From NCBI GenBank assembly GCA_002104945.1, contig MCFH01000011.1:496001-560000 (forward strand): 64,000 nucleotides of DNA. The letters run 5' to 3'. The stretch is from Piromyces finnis finn (taxonomy: Eukaryota > Fungi > Neocallimastigomycota). The position numbers and the translations under genes are program-made. Below, one piece after another: positions 26,222 to 40,427 of the stretch (positions are counted from its first letter, which is position 1; the number at the start of each line of letters is the position of its first letter). The notes below the pieces were generated by a model. The model was not told the DNA's origin, searched no databases, and worked only from the letters and a program-made list of their open reading frames with translations.

Positions 26222-27560
26222 TGTATATTGATGATTTAAATAATTTAATTTTATTAAATAGTTTTAAATATTAACATATATTTATAGTATGAAGTAACTT
26301 TTATTTATAATTATATTTTTTTTATTAATATAATATTGTTCGATATTGAAACAAATATGTAAAATAACTTTTTTTTTTGTATTTAATTATAAAGGTATTA
26401 ATATATAATGATTTATTTATTAATAATTCGTTTGAAATAGATAATATAAATATGGTGTCCCAATTAATATATATTCATAATAAAATATATAATTTAAATA
26501 TACATGTAATGAATTTAGAATTATTGTAAGAAAGAACTTGTATTACTTGTAGTCTTGTAGTATTAGATTAAACTTGTCATTTTAATAAGTAAAGCTTTCA
26601 TAATTGTAATTTATGTTAATTATTTCTTTTCAAGAATATGCGTGCTTTGTATGTATTAGAAATATTATTTTACAAAAAGTAATATATTTTTTTGAAATAA
26701 AAGAATATATGACACTATTATAATTTTTTAAAATATTTATTTTTTAAAATTTTATAAAATGAAAAATAAAAAAAATACTAAAAAAAATGTTGAAGTTAAA
26801 GGAAGTTGTAATTATATTATACATATTAAAAAAATATAATTATATATAATTATATAATTTTAACTTTAATTGTCATATTGTACAATTTTAATGAATTTTA
26901 AATTTAAATATATATTTTATTAATTAGGTTTTTTGCTTTTCGAAAAGTATTTTAATGGTATATATATAATTCTTTTTTAAATATATATTTTTTTAACTTT
27001 ATATATATATTATTATATTTATTATTTTTAATTATTGTATTTTTAGAAATAGCTTTTTTATCTTAAAAAATTATATATAATGAATTATTATAAAATAAAA
27101 TTATTAAACCAAAATAAATTTAAACAAGCTGCTATTTAAATAAGAAAAATATATAATTATTATTTAAATAATTTCATTGTAATTAACTTTAAAAAAAGAA
27201 TAAAGGAATTAATTAATAATAATAAAAAGTTACCAAAATTTCAATAACTTTAAATAAGTTTAACTATAAAATTCCATTGAAAAAGAATTCAAAGGATATA
27301 TTTCTTATGTGTATTTATTATTATAAATATTCATTCAATAAAATAATTATAATGGAAATTATAATTATATAATTATTATTATTAACATTAAATTTATTAT
27401 TATTTAGTAGTTTATAATCAATAACAATACGAAATTAAAATTGGTTCTAATTAATCTTTTATTATTATAATTCTTATTTATTATTAATATTCATTATTTT
27501 TTATTCCTTATATAATCATATAATCATTATTTAATATTTTATTAAAATTTAAAAGTTAGG

Positions 27561-27572
27561 GTATCTAGATAC
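27561..27572. promoter_or_regulatory. Perfect 12-bp palindrome about 330 bp upstream of ODAD1
   Basis: GTATCTAGATAC is its own reverse complement. Function is unproven. Confidence 0.2.
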
Positions 27573-27730
27573 TTTAAAATTATTTTTCTTTTATTATTTG
27601 CTAAACTACAATTAGTAAAATTAAATTTTCAAAATAAAAACTTTTTTAGAGAATGATATAATCAAATTATATGAAATATATGAAATATAATTATATATAA
27701 ATATATATAATAATAAAGTATATATTTTAA

Positions 27731-27770
<40 letters not shown>

Positions 27771-27898
27771 TTCATTTTATCTTTTTCTTTTTTTAACTTT
27801 TTTTTTTTAATTACAATTTATTTGTATTTAATGTCCATAGTAATTTATTAATTTTCTTACTTTATTATTCGAACAAAATAATAATATAATATTGAAAA

Positions 27899-30714
27899 AT
27901 GTCAAGAGCATCCTCTAGAGGAAGTAGTTTTTCAAGTTCAAACACAAATAACTATTATGAAAAAAGTAATATCATATTAAATTTATAAATATAAAATTAA
28001 TTTATTAAAATTATATTAAAGTTTACTAATTTTTATTTTTTTTCCGAAAATAATAATAATAATAATAATTAATAATATTAATCATATTAAAACTTTAGAA
28101 TGTGAACTTCAAAAATTACAAAGAGAATATAGGTTAACAAAAAACGATCGTGACGCATATACAGAAGAATCACAAATAAATATAAAAAAACAAAAGTAAT
28201 AAATTATTTTTTAAAGAAAAAAATATTAAAAAAATAAAAACAATAAAACTAATAATATATAATATAATATATAATAGTGTTATGATAAACTATTTAAAGG
28301 ATGACATTCAAAAGCTTAAACAAAAGGAAAAAGAACTAACTGCAAGAATATATAATAGAAATAAAAATGAAACTGAAAAAGAAGTTAAAGCATTATCTGA
28401 TTATCAAGGTAGAATATGATATATAAAGTTAATATTCAAATAAGAGTATTAAATAATAAAAAAAATTATAATCATCTAGATCAATTAGTTGAACAACAGA
28501 AAAAAATTTATGAATATATCGAAGAAACAGATAAAAAAATTAAAGAGATGAATAAAAAAATAATGTTACTAAAGAAAGAACAAGGCGGAATTAATAAGTG
28601 TGAAGAAAATGATGAACATATAAACAAAACAAAAAGAATTCTTCAAAATAAATTAGAACAAGTAAATTATATATTACAAATAATATTTAAATAATCAAAT
28701 ATACATACTAATTTTTAAAAAGTCTCTTAGAAAATTTAATTCTATATTAGTTGAAAATAGAAAGAACCGAGAAAAATTAGATTATTATAGAAATGAAAGA
28801 AATGTATTTTATAATATTGTAAATAAATTAATAAAGGATATTAAAGATAAAAAGAATCATATTAATAATATGATTGAAAGTTCAACCTCTGCTTATCAAA
28901 CAAGGTAATATATTTTTTGTTAAAAAATTATAATATAATAAAAATATTAAAAAATATAATGAAAAAATTAATATATAATTTTACTATAAACCGAAAAAAA
29001 ATGAAGAGATGAAGCAAATTGTAAAATATCAATATTAAAAGAAAAATCTGAAAAAGAAGTATATCAACATTCTCAAGAAATAAAAGAACTCTCAAGATTA
29101 TTAGATCATGAACAAAAAACAAGAGATTTTATCAATACCAAAAATGCAGAAAGAAAAATAGTATTGCCAAAAGTCAAAACTTCTAATAAAAAATGTAATT
29201 TTATATAATAATTCATATTATTCTAATTCAATTTAGTAGTATTAATATATTGAGTGTAAAAAATAAATACATGTAAATTATTTAGCTGTGAATCAAGATG
29301 ATGTATATAATGATATTGAAGCATATCAAAAAGCATTTGATAAAATTTATGAAAGCACAAAGGTTAATGACATAAATGAATTAATAGCAAATTTTAATGA
29401 AACGGAGGAAGAAAACTTTTCATTATTTAATTATGTAACTGAAGTAATTGGAGAAGCTGGTGATATAAATAAAGAAATAAATGATATAACACAAAATATT
29501 GAAAATTTAAAAATTCAAAATATTGAAATTGAAGACAAGAAAAAAATATCAATTTCAAAATTAGAAGTAAATATTTATAATAGCATAATTCTAAAAGAAA
29601 ATAAAATTTAATATATTCTATTTTTAAATTTAATTTATATTAATTAAACAATTATATATAAAATATTAAAAGCAAAAACTAAATGATACAAAAGAAAAAT
29701 CAAGTCAATATGAGAATGATTATATTGATTGTAATAGAAGTCTAAATCTATTAAAAGACAAAGTTTTAGACATAATGAAAGTTATACAAACTTTTAAACC
29801 AGTTAAAAAAATTTATTTGCCACCTGAAGTTCCAACCACCAAGCATAATCTAAATGAAAATCAAGAAAATGATGAAAAAAGTTCAAGACATGATGAAAAT
29901 GAGGAGAATAATGAAAAAGATATAGAAAATACTTCTAATACGAAATCAAGAGAAATTGACAATGAAGAAGAAGAAAATATGGATGAAAAAAAAATATTAG
30001 AAGAAAAAAATGAAGAGAAACAGATGGATGATATCGATACTGTTAAATTTGAATTACCAGTTGATTTAGAATTAAAAGATGAAATACAAGATACCAATTT
30101 AATGCAATGCTTGAATTATATTGAGAAAAATATTAACAACTTATTAATGATTAATTACACAATCAATCTTTCAAATATTCTTAATAATAATCAACAATCA
30201 CAAAGAAATAATATGGTTGATAGTAATACTATTAGTAGTAAAATGGAAGATGAAAATGAAATTTCAAATGAAAATCCATTACTTTCCAACAGTCAAGAAG
30301 CTAACAGTTTACTTGGAATTGGACCATTACCTCCGGTTACTTATAATGGTGTTAATGTTCCAATATTAAGGTAAAATATATAATATATTATCATATTTGT
30401 ATTAATATTATATAAAAATTAAATTTAATATTAATAATTATTTATAGTGATGACTTTGATATAATGCAAAAATCAACTGTAAGTAAGAATGCATTAGTTG
30501 TTGATAAAAGAAATGATAAATATAATGATTCACATCCAATGACAAGAGAAGAATTGATGAAAATTAATTCTGTAAGAATATATCTTTTATAAATAATATC
30601 ATTTATTTTTATTTTAAATTAATATTATTGTTTTATAAAATAAAATAAATTTAGATTAAGCGTGAAGAAAAAATTACTCCAAAAGATAAAACAAATACAA
30701 ATACAAATGAGTAA
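27899..30714 (+). CDS. ODAD1: Outer dynein arm docking complex subunit (ODA-DC2 / CCDC114 / CCDC63 family)
   Basis: Coiled-coil protein with family-like motifs LQKLQREYRL...RDAYTEES, ILQNKLEQ|SLRKFNSILVENRKNREKLDYYRNERNVF, YQKAFDKIYE...INELIANFNETEEENFSLFNYVTE and DTNLMQCLNYIEKNINNLL. ATG at 27899, stop at 30712-30714. Confidence 0.85.
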
Positions 30715-31040
30715 AATCATAGTTTGATTATTTTAATAGTTCTCAATATTTCAATTTTTACATATTTAGTATAAATTATATTTTTAATTTTAATAAATTA
30801 TATATTTTCATTAAAGCAATGTAAGATTATAAATCAATTTTTTTTTTAATATCTATAAAAATATGAAATCTTTATAAAAATTTAATAAAGATTTGAAACT
30901 TATATTAGAAATAAATAAATAAGTTCAAATATATATTAATAAGGTATAATTAAAATATATATTTTAAAAAAATATATATTTTAATATTTTAATAAAGTTC
31001 AATTTTATTATTAAAAATAATTGTATTTATACTAATAACC

Positions 31041-33834
31041 TTAATTTTTAAAAGATGAATATTTAAAAATATAGTATTGAATTAGTGGTATAATTTTAAT
31101 TGAATTATTGTCAGAAAAAACATTCTATATTATTTATTTATAAAATAATATATTGTTAATATATATATTATAATAATAGCAAATTATTTTAAAATATCTA
31201 TGTCTTACCTTTAATTCATTTACATTACTTATTTGCAACAATGATTCCTTTTTATATAAAAATATGCATGTTGCTGCAATAGGAATAAGTTCAAGACTGT
31301 CAAATCCTATTATTCTATCCCATAACAATAGAATTTGTTCAATATCTAGCATTCCCACAAAAGAATATACAATCCATGGAAAAACAATTTCTAATGGTGA
31401 TTTCCCAATTATATATTGAATATGGAAATATAAAACTGAATCTAATTGTTTAAAAGTATGTTCAAATACTTGACATAAATAAATAAGACCCTTTGGGTTG
31501 TTTATTGTATGTAACTTTGAACAATATCTTTTGATATATTATTTTATAATATTTTGTTTTTATATTTTTATATTAGAAAAATGTTTATTAGGATATAAAA
31601 AAAATATTTATTTTAATAAATAATTACAAAAATTTACTTTGAATAGAATTCTCTAAATAGCATATAAACATTATCTGGGTTATCATATAAATAACAAAAT
31701 GGAATAGCATAACTTGAAATTCCCCAAAATGGAATAATTCCATTAGGAGGATAAATTTTTCCTACTTTATATTTTTTGTAATAAATTTTTTAAAGATTAA
31801 TATATTTTAAAATTTTTATTTATGAAAAAATATAATTTAAAATATATTAATATAATTTAAAACAAGTAGAACAAAAATATCGATATATAGTATACATACT
31901 TTTATTATCAATAAAAGGTTCAAACCATCCTTCGGTATTATCCCAATCATTTACATCATTATTTTGATATATTTTTGGTATAAGCCAACGATCTCTTGCC
32001 CAATAATACATTACTTTTGATAATATATCTTCAAATATAAAGTATGAATCGTCATTTTGAATTTGTTTAACATCTGTTTGTATTACATTATCTACCAACA
32101 ATTCATATTTAATTATATCATTTTTTAAAGAAGAACAATATTGATAAGTCTTAAGGTATATGTAAAAAAAAGAATATAGATTAATAGTATAGTCTAGATA
32201 ATTATATAATATTATCAATATATATAGAAGAACTTTCTATATTATATATAAATATATTTACATATGTTTCTATATTATCTGTAAATTCAGAAATTAACAT
32301 TATTTCATATATTTTAACTCTTTGGAACATTGGTAAACCATATTTCGAATACTGTCTAGCTGCTAACCTCGAAGAAGAGTTAATTATTTTATTTCCTAAT
32401 TCATATCTTGTGTTTAAAGTACTAATGGCTAATATTTTTAATTATATAATTATAATATATACTATTTTTTAATATAATTTCAAAATTATTAATGATATAT
32501 ATATAATAATAAATATATATATACACACTTTTTTCAGTATTAAGTTCCTTTAAAACCTCCAAATGAACGTAATTAGGGTTTAATTCTTTAAATTTTACTC
32601 TAAATTCTTCTATTGTAGGTGTCTCTATATTTATAGGTAATGAAGACCAAAAAGATGAATATTCTTCAGGTAATGGTGGATGTCTTTTTTTATAAGAATA
32701 TTATATATTAAATTTAAATAATATTATTAAAAACTAATCATTTTTATTCTAAATTTATATTTTTTTATTCATTTTACATAATTAATTCATCTACAACTTT
32801 TGGTTTTATTGAAGTTATTATATTATATAAATCTATATCATTATAAAAATAAATATTTTTCATTGATTTAGGGCAACCTGTTTTCCCTGGTAACCCATAC
32901 ATACTATAATTTGACGATGTATTTAATATTTCTAATTTATTCCACAAATTCTTTTTTAAATTATTTTCTTCTTCTATTGTTCTCTATTATTTATAAGAAA
33001 TATTTATGTTAAGTATAGCGATAATTACTTATTATATAATAAATATAATATTGACCTTTCTTATTAAGTTCTTATTAAAAGTATTAATTAATAAGCCTAA
33101 TCGCGTTTTTATAATGTCATCAAAACTTTTTAAAGAAATCTTTATAGATTCTTTAATATCTGATTGAAATATTTCTTTATTATTATGTTCCTGAGAATTA
33201 TATTTATTATATATATTTTCTCCATTAGATATATTATTAGCTTCACTTTTCCTTTTTGATTCATATTTCGCAATATGAAGATTTGGTATATTAATATATC
33301 TTTTTAATATATAAATTAGTTACTATGCAATTCAAAAAATCTTCATTTAAAAATTGTTAATATTTCTTTAATTAATAATGTCATTACTTTTGTGAGGAAT
33401 TTCTGTTTTGCTTCATAATGAATTGTTGTATTAATGATATTTTTTTATCATAATGATTATCAACACTCATTAAATTACGTATTTTCTCTTCTAATTCATC
33501 TATTTTATAATCTTCTTTCATGATATCATCCTTTAAATTAATTATGTTGTAATTAATTAAAATGATAAGCAAATATACATGAAAATATAATATACTTTAT
33601 CTTTAATTTCTATTTTATTTGTTCCATTACTTTTATTTGTTTCCTAATTTTCCAATATAGTGGAAATGCTCTTAAATGTCTTTCAGCATTTTCACCTATT
33701 CTATTATTATTGTTGTTGTTGTTATTATTGTCATTGCTATTGTTAATGTTACTGTTACTATTATTATTATCTTTATTATTATTGCTATTATTATTATTAT
33801 CGTTTCTTAACATATCCTTGGAATTTGCCTGCAT
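31041..33834 (-). CDS. TBC1D19: TBC1 domain family member 19-like Rab-GAP
   Basis: Motifs YELLVDNVIQTDVKQIQNDDSYFIFED, LLLWDRIIGFDSLELI and the terminal IKIIPLIQYYIF resemble human TBC1D19 as recalled. Stop at 31041-31043. The start at 33834 is uncertain because ATGCAG could also be a splice acceptor. Confidence 0.82.
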
Positions 33835-34151
33835 AAAATATTACAAATAATTTTTTAATACTTTTTATCATTTTTATATATTATATAACATAGATAATAA
33901 TTACTTATAATTTTTTTTTAATCTATATGTTTTGCTCTTTTTATTAATCAAATATTTATTGTAAAATAACAAATCTTTTTCATTATAAAAACATATTATT
34001 TTGCTACTCAAAATTAAACTTTAAAATTGTTCTTAATTTTGTTGTTATTTTAAATGAATAATTCAAAATAAATATAATTTAAACTTTTTTAATTTTTTTT
34101 CAATTAAAATTTTCTTATATTAATGTTTATTATTTTACAATTATAAAAAAT

Positions 34152-34376
<225 letters not shown>

Positions 34377-34756
34377 GCAATAGTAATAACAATAATATAC
34401 TAAAAAGAAAATTATAATAACAACATAATAATTAAAAAAATAACAAAAAATATATTTTAAATAATAATATAATAATATCATATTGTGTAACTTTATTAAA
34501 TTTCAATACTATATTATTACAATCTATATTTTTTATTGAATATATTAATTTTTTATACTATTATTCTTTATGATTGAAGATTTACTAACATAAATATATA
34601 CAAGATGTACATAATAATAAAAAAACATTCAATTTAATTATTATATAATCTAAATAATTTTATATATATTGAAATATTGATAATAATAGATAATATTCAA
34701 TTAATATATATATATGTATATATGAAATGAAGAATATTTTATTTAAATATTTCTTA

Positions 34757-37018
34757 TTATTTTTGTAAAGCTTTTATAATTTCTTGATATGATAGTCCTT
34801 GGTTTTTAGCTTTTGAAATTGAATTTATATTTTTATCTAATTTTGTATTAATTTTTGAATTATTTACAGAGAGTACATCTTCATTGTTACTACTTCTTTT
34901 TACGTTATATTGATTATAATCATTATAAAATTTCTGACTCATATTTTTGTAATTATCAATGATATATAATAATTCTTTTGGTGTAGTTGGTTCTTTCCTT
35001 TTTGGATTCATTTTAATTTTTTGAGATGTCTTAGGCTGCATACCTTTTATTTTTCTATATTTAAGATTCAAGTCACTTAATTTAAGGCTTTCATTACTAA
35101 TATTACAATAATTTTCTTCAATATTTATTGACTTTTCAGAATATAAATCATTTTCATTCTCATTTTGTTTTTCTTCATTATTATATTCATTTTCACATTT
35201 ATTATTTATGTTTATTTTTTTCATATCTTCATTATTATTTTTATTTTCATATATATTAGTACTGTTATCTTTAATGTTTTTTTTTTTTACTTTATTAATA
35301 TTCTCATTTAGCATTTGTCCCAATAATTCATTACGTAGGTCATCCAATGAATTAAAATTATTTTGAAAAAGTAAATGAAATAAATCATTTGGAATATTTC
35401 TTTATTTGTAATATTTTTATATAATTAGATATTATTTTATTAATACTAAAAAAAGTAAAATTACTAATATTATATTTACGATTCTTTCAAAAAATCTATA
35501 AGATATATATGGTCTTTCTCAATTTCATTAAAGTTCAAAATATATCTTAATCTACGTAGTACTACCTATTAAAATATAACTTAACATAAGTTTATTGTAA
35601 CTAAAATAAAAAATTATAAATAATGATATTTATAATTACTTGTTCAATATTAAAACGCTCCAAATTCCTATGTGCATTATGTCGCTTTACTAATGATGTA
35701 GGTAATGCTGGCCGAGATAATGCATTATATCCACTATTACTTCCATAATATGTTCTAGCTGATGTAGACTGTCCTATTTTTGATTTCTTTTGATTGCTGT
35801 TTCTTTTTTTTTTGATATTTGAATTTATCATTCTATTTGTTTTATCATCATTTTTACTTTTTTTTATATTCTTATTTTCTTTATTATCGTTAATATTATT
35901 GTTTTTGTCTTGATTATTAATATCAATATCCTTAACATCTTCATTGTTGTGAAAAGAAAATGATTCTTTATCATTCGATTCTTCTAAGTATTTATGGTAC
36001 TGAACATACTTTTCTGGAGGTGATATATAATTTCTTTTTTTACATAATTCTTCTACTTGTTTATCTGCACCAACATATTCTTTTCCAGCAATACCAAAAT
36101 TTCCATTATATGATGTTCCGTCTCGATTAATTTTATTTCGTATTATATCGACATCACTTTTATACATATAATTTTCTTGTATATTTAATTTCTTATGTTC
36201 TTTTTTTTTTCTATGAATATAATCCAATATATTATCTGTTTCAATATCATTATTATTGAAATTTATCATATATTGTGCATTTGGGTCATATATTATGTCT
36301 GATTTAATATTAAAGTATTTTTTTCTCTCCTTTTTTTCATTTATTAATACATTTTTTAATACATTTTCCTCTTTTAATGGATCATAATCTTTATATTTAT
36401 TATATAAATATTGTTTTTTTATTTCAATCTGAACTGACTTTGGAAGTTTAGGATTTCTTTTTCTATTTAATTTATATAAATTTAATATTAGATTCTTATT
36501 ACAATTATACTTAATTTAAATATATTATAATATTTAATCTTTCATAATTTAGTATTACCTTTCAGTTTGTAAAGTATTAAACATTAATTTTTGTTTAAAA
36601 GCTTCAATAGGATTTAGTCCTTCGACTTCTTTTTCAATAAGATTGGAATGTGAAATATTTTCTTTTGTTTTACTTATCACTGTTAAATTATATTTATATT
36701 TAATATTTAGTATTTATACATATTTAATAATATATGATGAATAAATTTTACAGTCTCTGTTTTTTATAGTTCTTTTGCTCATTGGTGAGGAGAAAGGCCT
36801 TGAGAGGTGCTTTGATTCATCGTACAATTCTGGTTTGTACATAACTTCTTCGCAACATTTAATCTCTTTTAATACTGGCAAATCTATATATCAATAGTAT
36901 TATTATTTTTATCTATTATTAAAATCATTAACTAAATTATATAAATTATATAATTACCATTTTCACTTGCCATTTTTTTTGGTATTGGAGGTAGTGGGGA
37001 AGAACTATTTTGAATCAT
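34757..37018 (-). CDS. Hypothetical Asn/Lys-rich protein, about 6 exons, no recognised domain
   Basis: ATG at 37018 (MIQNSSSPLPPIPKK). GT-AG introns link exons through the ORFs 35601-36269 and 34757-35347. Stop at 34757. Confidence 0.65.
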
Positions 37019-37723
37019 ATTTTCCTATTAATAATCTTTTTGATTGATTTTTTTAAATTTATTAAAATATTATTATTTAACTTTGACTATTATAAATGAA
37101 GATAAAATAAATGAATACTTTAAATTGAAATGTTCTTTTTTTTTTGTTTTGTTTTGTTTTATTCTTTAATAATATTTATTATATTAATCATCATTTAATT
37201 AAACGATCATTTTCCGATAATTATGTATAGATTTTCTTTATTTTCTAGAAATATTAATAATATATGCTTAATGAAAGTTACATAACTATTTTTAAAAAAA
37301 AATTATTATTTAAAATATTTATAGGAAATGTTAAATATCCAAAAAAAAATATAATAAAATATAATAAAATAATAAAATTTAAAAAAAACTACTTTTCAAA
37401 CTTTAAATCTTATGAATTAATTAAAATTTAAAAAAAAATAATAAAAATTATATTACATACATTATTTTTTTACATTAATAATGTATATAAATTAACAAAA
37501 ATTATTAATATATTTCATTCAATTATAAAAAATAGCAATATAAAAATCCTCTCTATATAAAAATTCAAGAGTAAAGAACAGAACAAATAAAGAAATAAAC
37601 AAGTTTAAAAAGCAATATATATATAATTATTAATGAACATATAACTTCTATTTAAACAAAAAGCTTAAAATAAATATTTATATTACTATCATATCAGAAT
37701 TTTATATATTTTAACATATCAAA

Positions 37724-39023
37724 ATGGCAGAATCAGATTCCTTAATTTTTAATACTTATGAAAATGAATTTAATACTTTATCATCAGAAATAAATGATAC
37801 AATTGAAAATAAGTTAAAAAAATCTGTTGGAGGTTGTAAATAATATTTCAAATATTTTAAATTAAATAATTTTCAATTTATATCAAAATTAACATTTCAA
37901 CTTATTTCATAATGTAGAAAAGAAGAAGCAATTGCTAAACCAATTAGAAAGAGAATTAGATGAAGCAGATGAAATTGTATAATATCAAATGATTTTTATT
38001 TATTATAAAGAAAGTATTAAAATATGAAATTTAAAATTTGAGATTTTTAAACTAATTAAAAGGCTTTTACAATCTATTTTTAATTATTTTATGGAATAAT
38101 TAAGGTAAGTCAAATGGATGTTGAAATAAGAAGTTTAAATACCACAACTAGAATTCAATTGCAACCAAAAATTAAAGAGTATAAGTCAGAACTCGATGGC
38201 TTAAAAAAGAAACTTGTATGTATAACTGGTGTATTATTCTCTTTTTTTTTTTTTAAAAAAAAAAAAAATAATAAAATAAAAACAAGAGAATTATTAAATT
38301 ATATTTATATATCAATAATAAAGAAAACCGCATATAACGACGTAACAGAAGAAAGACGTCAGCTTTTAGGCGATAATAATAATGAAAATATTAATATAGT
38401 AGTCAATGATTCAGATAAAAAGTCAAAATTACAACAAAACACCGAAAAATTAATAAATTCCAGTAAGCGTTTACAAAATGCTCATAGAATGGCACTTGAA
38501 GCTGGTACTTAATTTAATTTTAGAAAATTAAAAATAATTAATAAAATCAATATAATAAATAAGTTATCTTTTTTTTTAATTCATTAATTCTATAAAAATA
38601 AAATAAATATATTTTGTAAGAACAAACTGGTGCTTCAACTTTAAATGTTTTATATGGTCAAAGACAACAATTAGAGCATGCACAAGATACTGTTAGTATC
38701 TATAAATAATTGCAAGCATATAAATACACTCTTATAAAAGCACTAATACTAAATATTATATTTTTTGATATAAATATGTTTAATAATTCTAGTTAAGAGG
38801 TGCAAATTCATTATTAGATACTAGTACAAGATTATTAAAAGAAATGCAAAGAAGGTATATTTATTATATAAAATATATTTTATATACAATAAACTAAAAT
38901 ATTAAATATATTATTTTATAATCATATAATTATAGAATAAGAACAAATAAATTAATGGCATACCTAATAATATTAATATTGATAATTCTTATTTTATTGA
39001 CTATTTATATTAAATGGTTTTAA
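37724..39023 (+). CDS. VTI1: Vesicle transport Qb-SNARE Vti1
   Basis: Habc region (LERELDEADEIVSQMDVEIRSL...KIKEYKSEL), SNARE motif (SSKRLQNAHRMALEAEQTGASTLNVLYGQRQQLEHAQDTL) and a C-terminal TM helix (LMAYLIILILIILILLTIYIKWF-stop). Seven exons. Confidence 0.93.
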
Positions 39024-40427
39024 TTTAATTTTGGAAAGTTTAAAATAAAGAAAGGAAGAAAGAAAAATTGAATATAATAAAATTAAGATTTTAATTCAAT
39101 AAATAAAAGTTTTGAATATTGTATTTTCTTTATTCATTAAAACTTAAAAAATAAATAATTTTAATATAATAAAGCATAAACACTAATAAAATAAATCTAT
39201 AATGGAAGCAATTTATTATTATAATAAAATAGCTTAACATTTAATAACATAATACAATCATACTGTAAATAATTTAAAAAAAAAAAAATAAAAATATACA
39301 ATTATATAATAAATATATGTTTTAGAGAAATAAAAAAAAAAAATAGATATATTTATTATATTATTTTCTTATAAATATATATAGCATTTACTTCAAAGAT
39401 TTGTTATATTAATTATAGACTATAATATATAATATAAAATAATAATAATAATAAATAATAAATAAAAATAATGAATAATAATAATAATAAATAAATAAAT
39501 AAAAGAATGAAAAATGAATAATTAAAAAAAACAAACAACTAGTAATAATAAACTTTCATATTTGAATTCAATATTTTTTTTTTATTTATTTTAACTTAAA
39601 ATATATTCAAATACAATTTTACATTGATAGATTGTATTTTTAAAGATTAAGAAAATTTTATTTTTCTTTATATATATATTACTAAAAGTGTTATAGTTTA
39701 TATTAAAATATTTACTATACTTTTCTCTCTCTCTCTCGAAAAGATACTATTTCATTTTAAATTCTATAATATAAATTTGGTTTGGGATAAAAATTAAATA
39801 ACCTTTTTCTTTTATTTTTTTTGAATTATTTTAAAACCTAAAAGTATAAAAAATGCAAAAATCTATATATAAATACAATTATACATATAAAAAGAATAAT
39901 TGTAATTATATATATCTCATTAAGAACTAGAACTTTAAAAAATAATACTTACTTCATATATTAAACTTTATCTAAAGTATTTTATTTATACAAAATTCAT
40001 AATAATTTTTATTCATATTAGTCCATTATCCTTCATTACAATAATGAATGAATAATAATTAATACTTTTTTTCTGTTACTATTTCGTTTTTCTTTTTCTA
40101 TTTTTTTATAAAAAAAAAAAAACATTATATATATATATTTATATATATTAATATTTTAATATTAAAACCGTCTTTTTTTTTTTTATTTATATAAGATTAT
40201 ATATATATTTTATTTTCAATATATATATTACTCTATATAAATGAAGAAAAAAAAAGAAGTAATATAAACTATCTATCTTTATAAGCTAAACTCATCGTGA
40301 TTAAAATTATTATCAATATTATAAAAAAATAAATATTAAATAAAATATATGAATAAAATAATAGTATAAAAAAAATAAATAATAAAAACATTTAATAATC
40401 AAATAATTATTAATAGTATAAAAAAAA

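Noticed and set aside
27561-27572. RFX X-box upstream of ODAD1
   Set aside because: The palindrome GTATCTAGATAC matches the X-box consensus (GTNRCC-N0-3-RGYAAC) poorly. It is kept only as a low-confidence feature.
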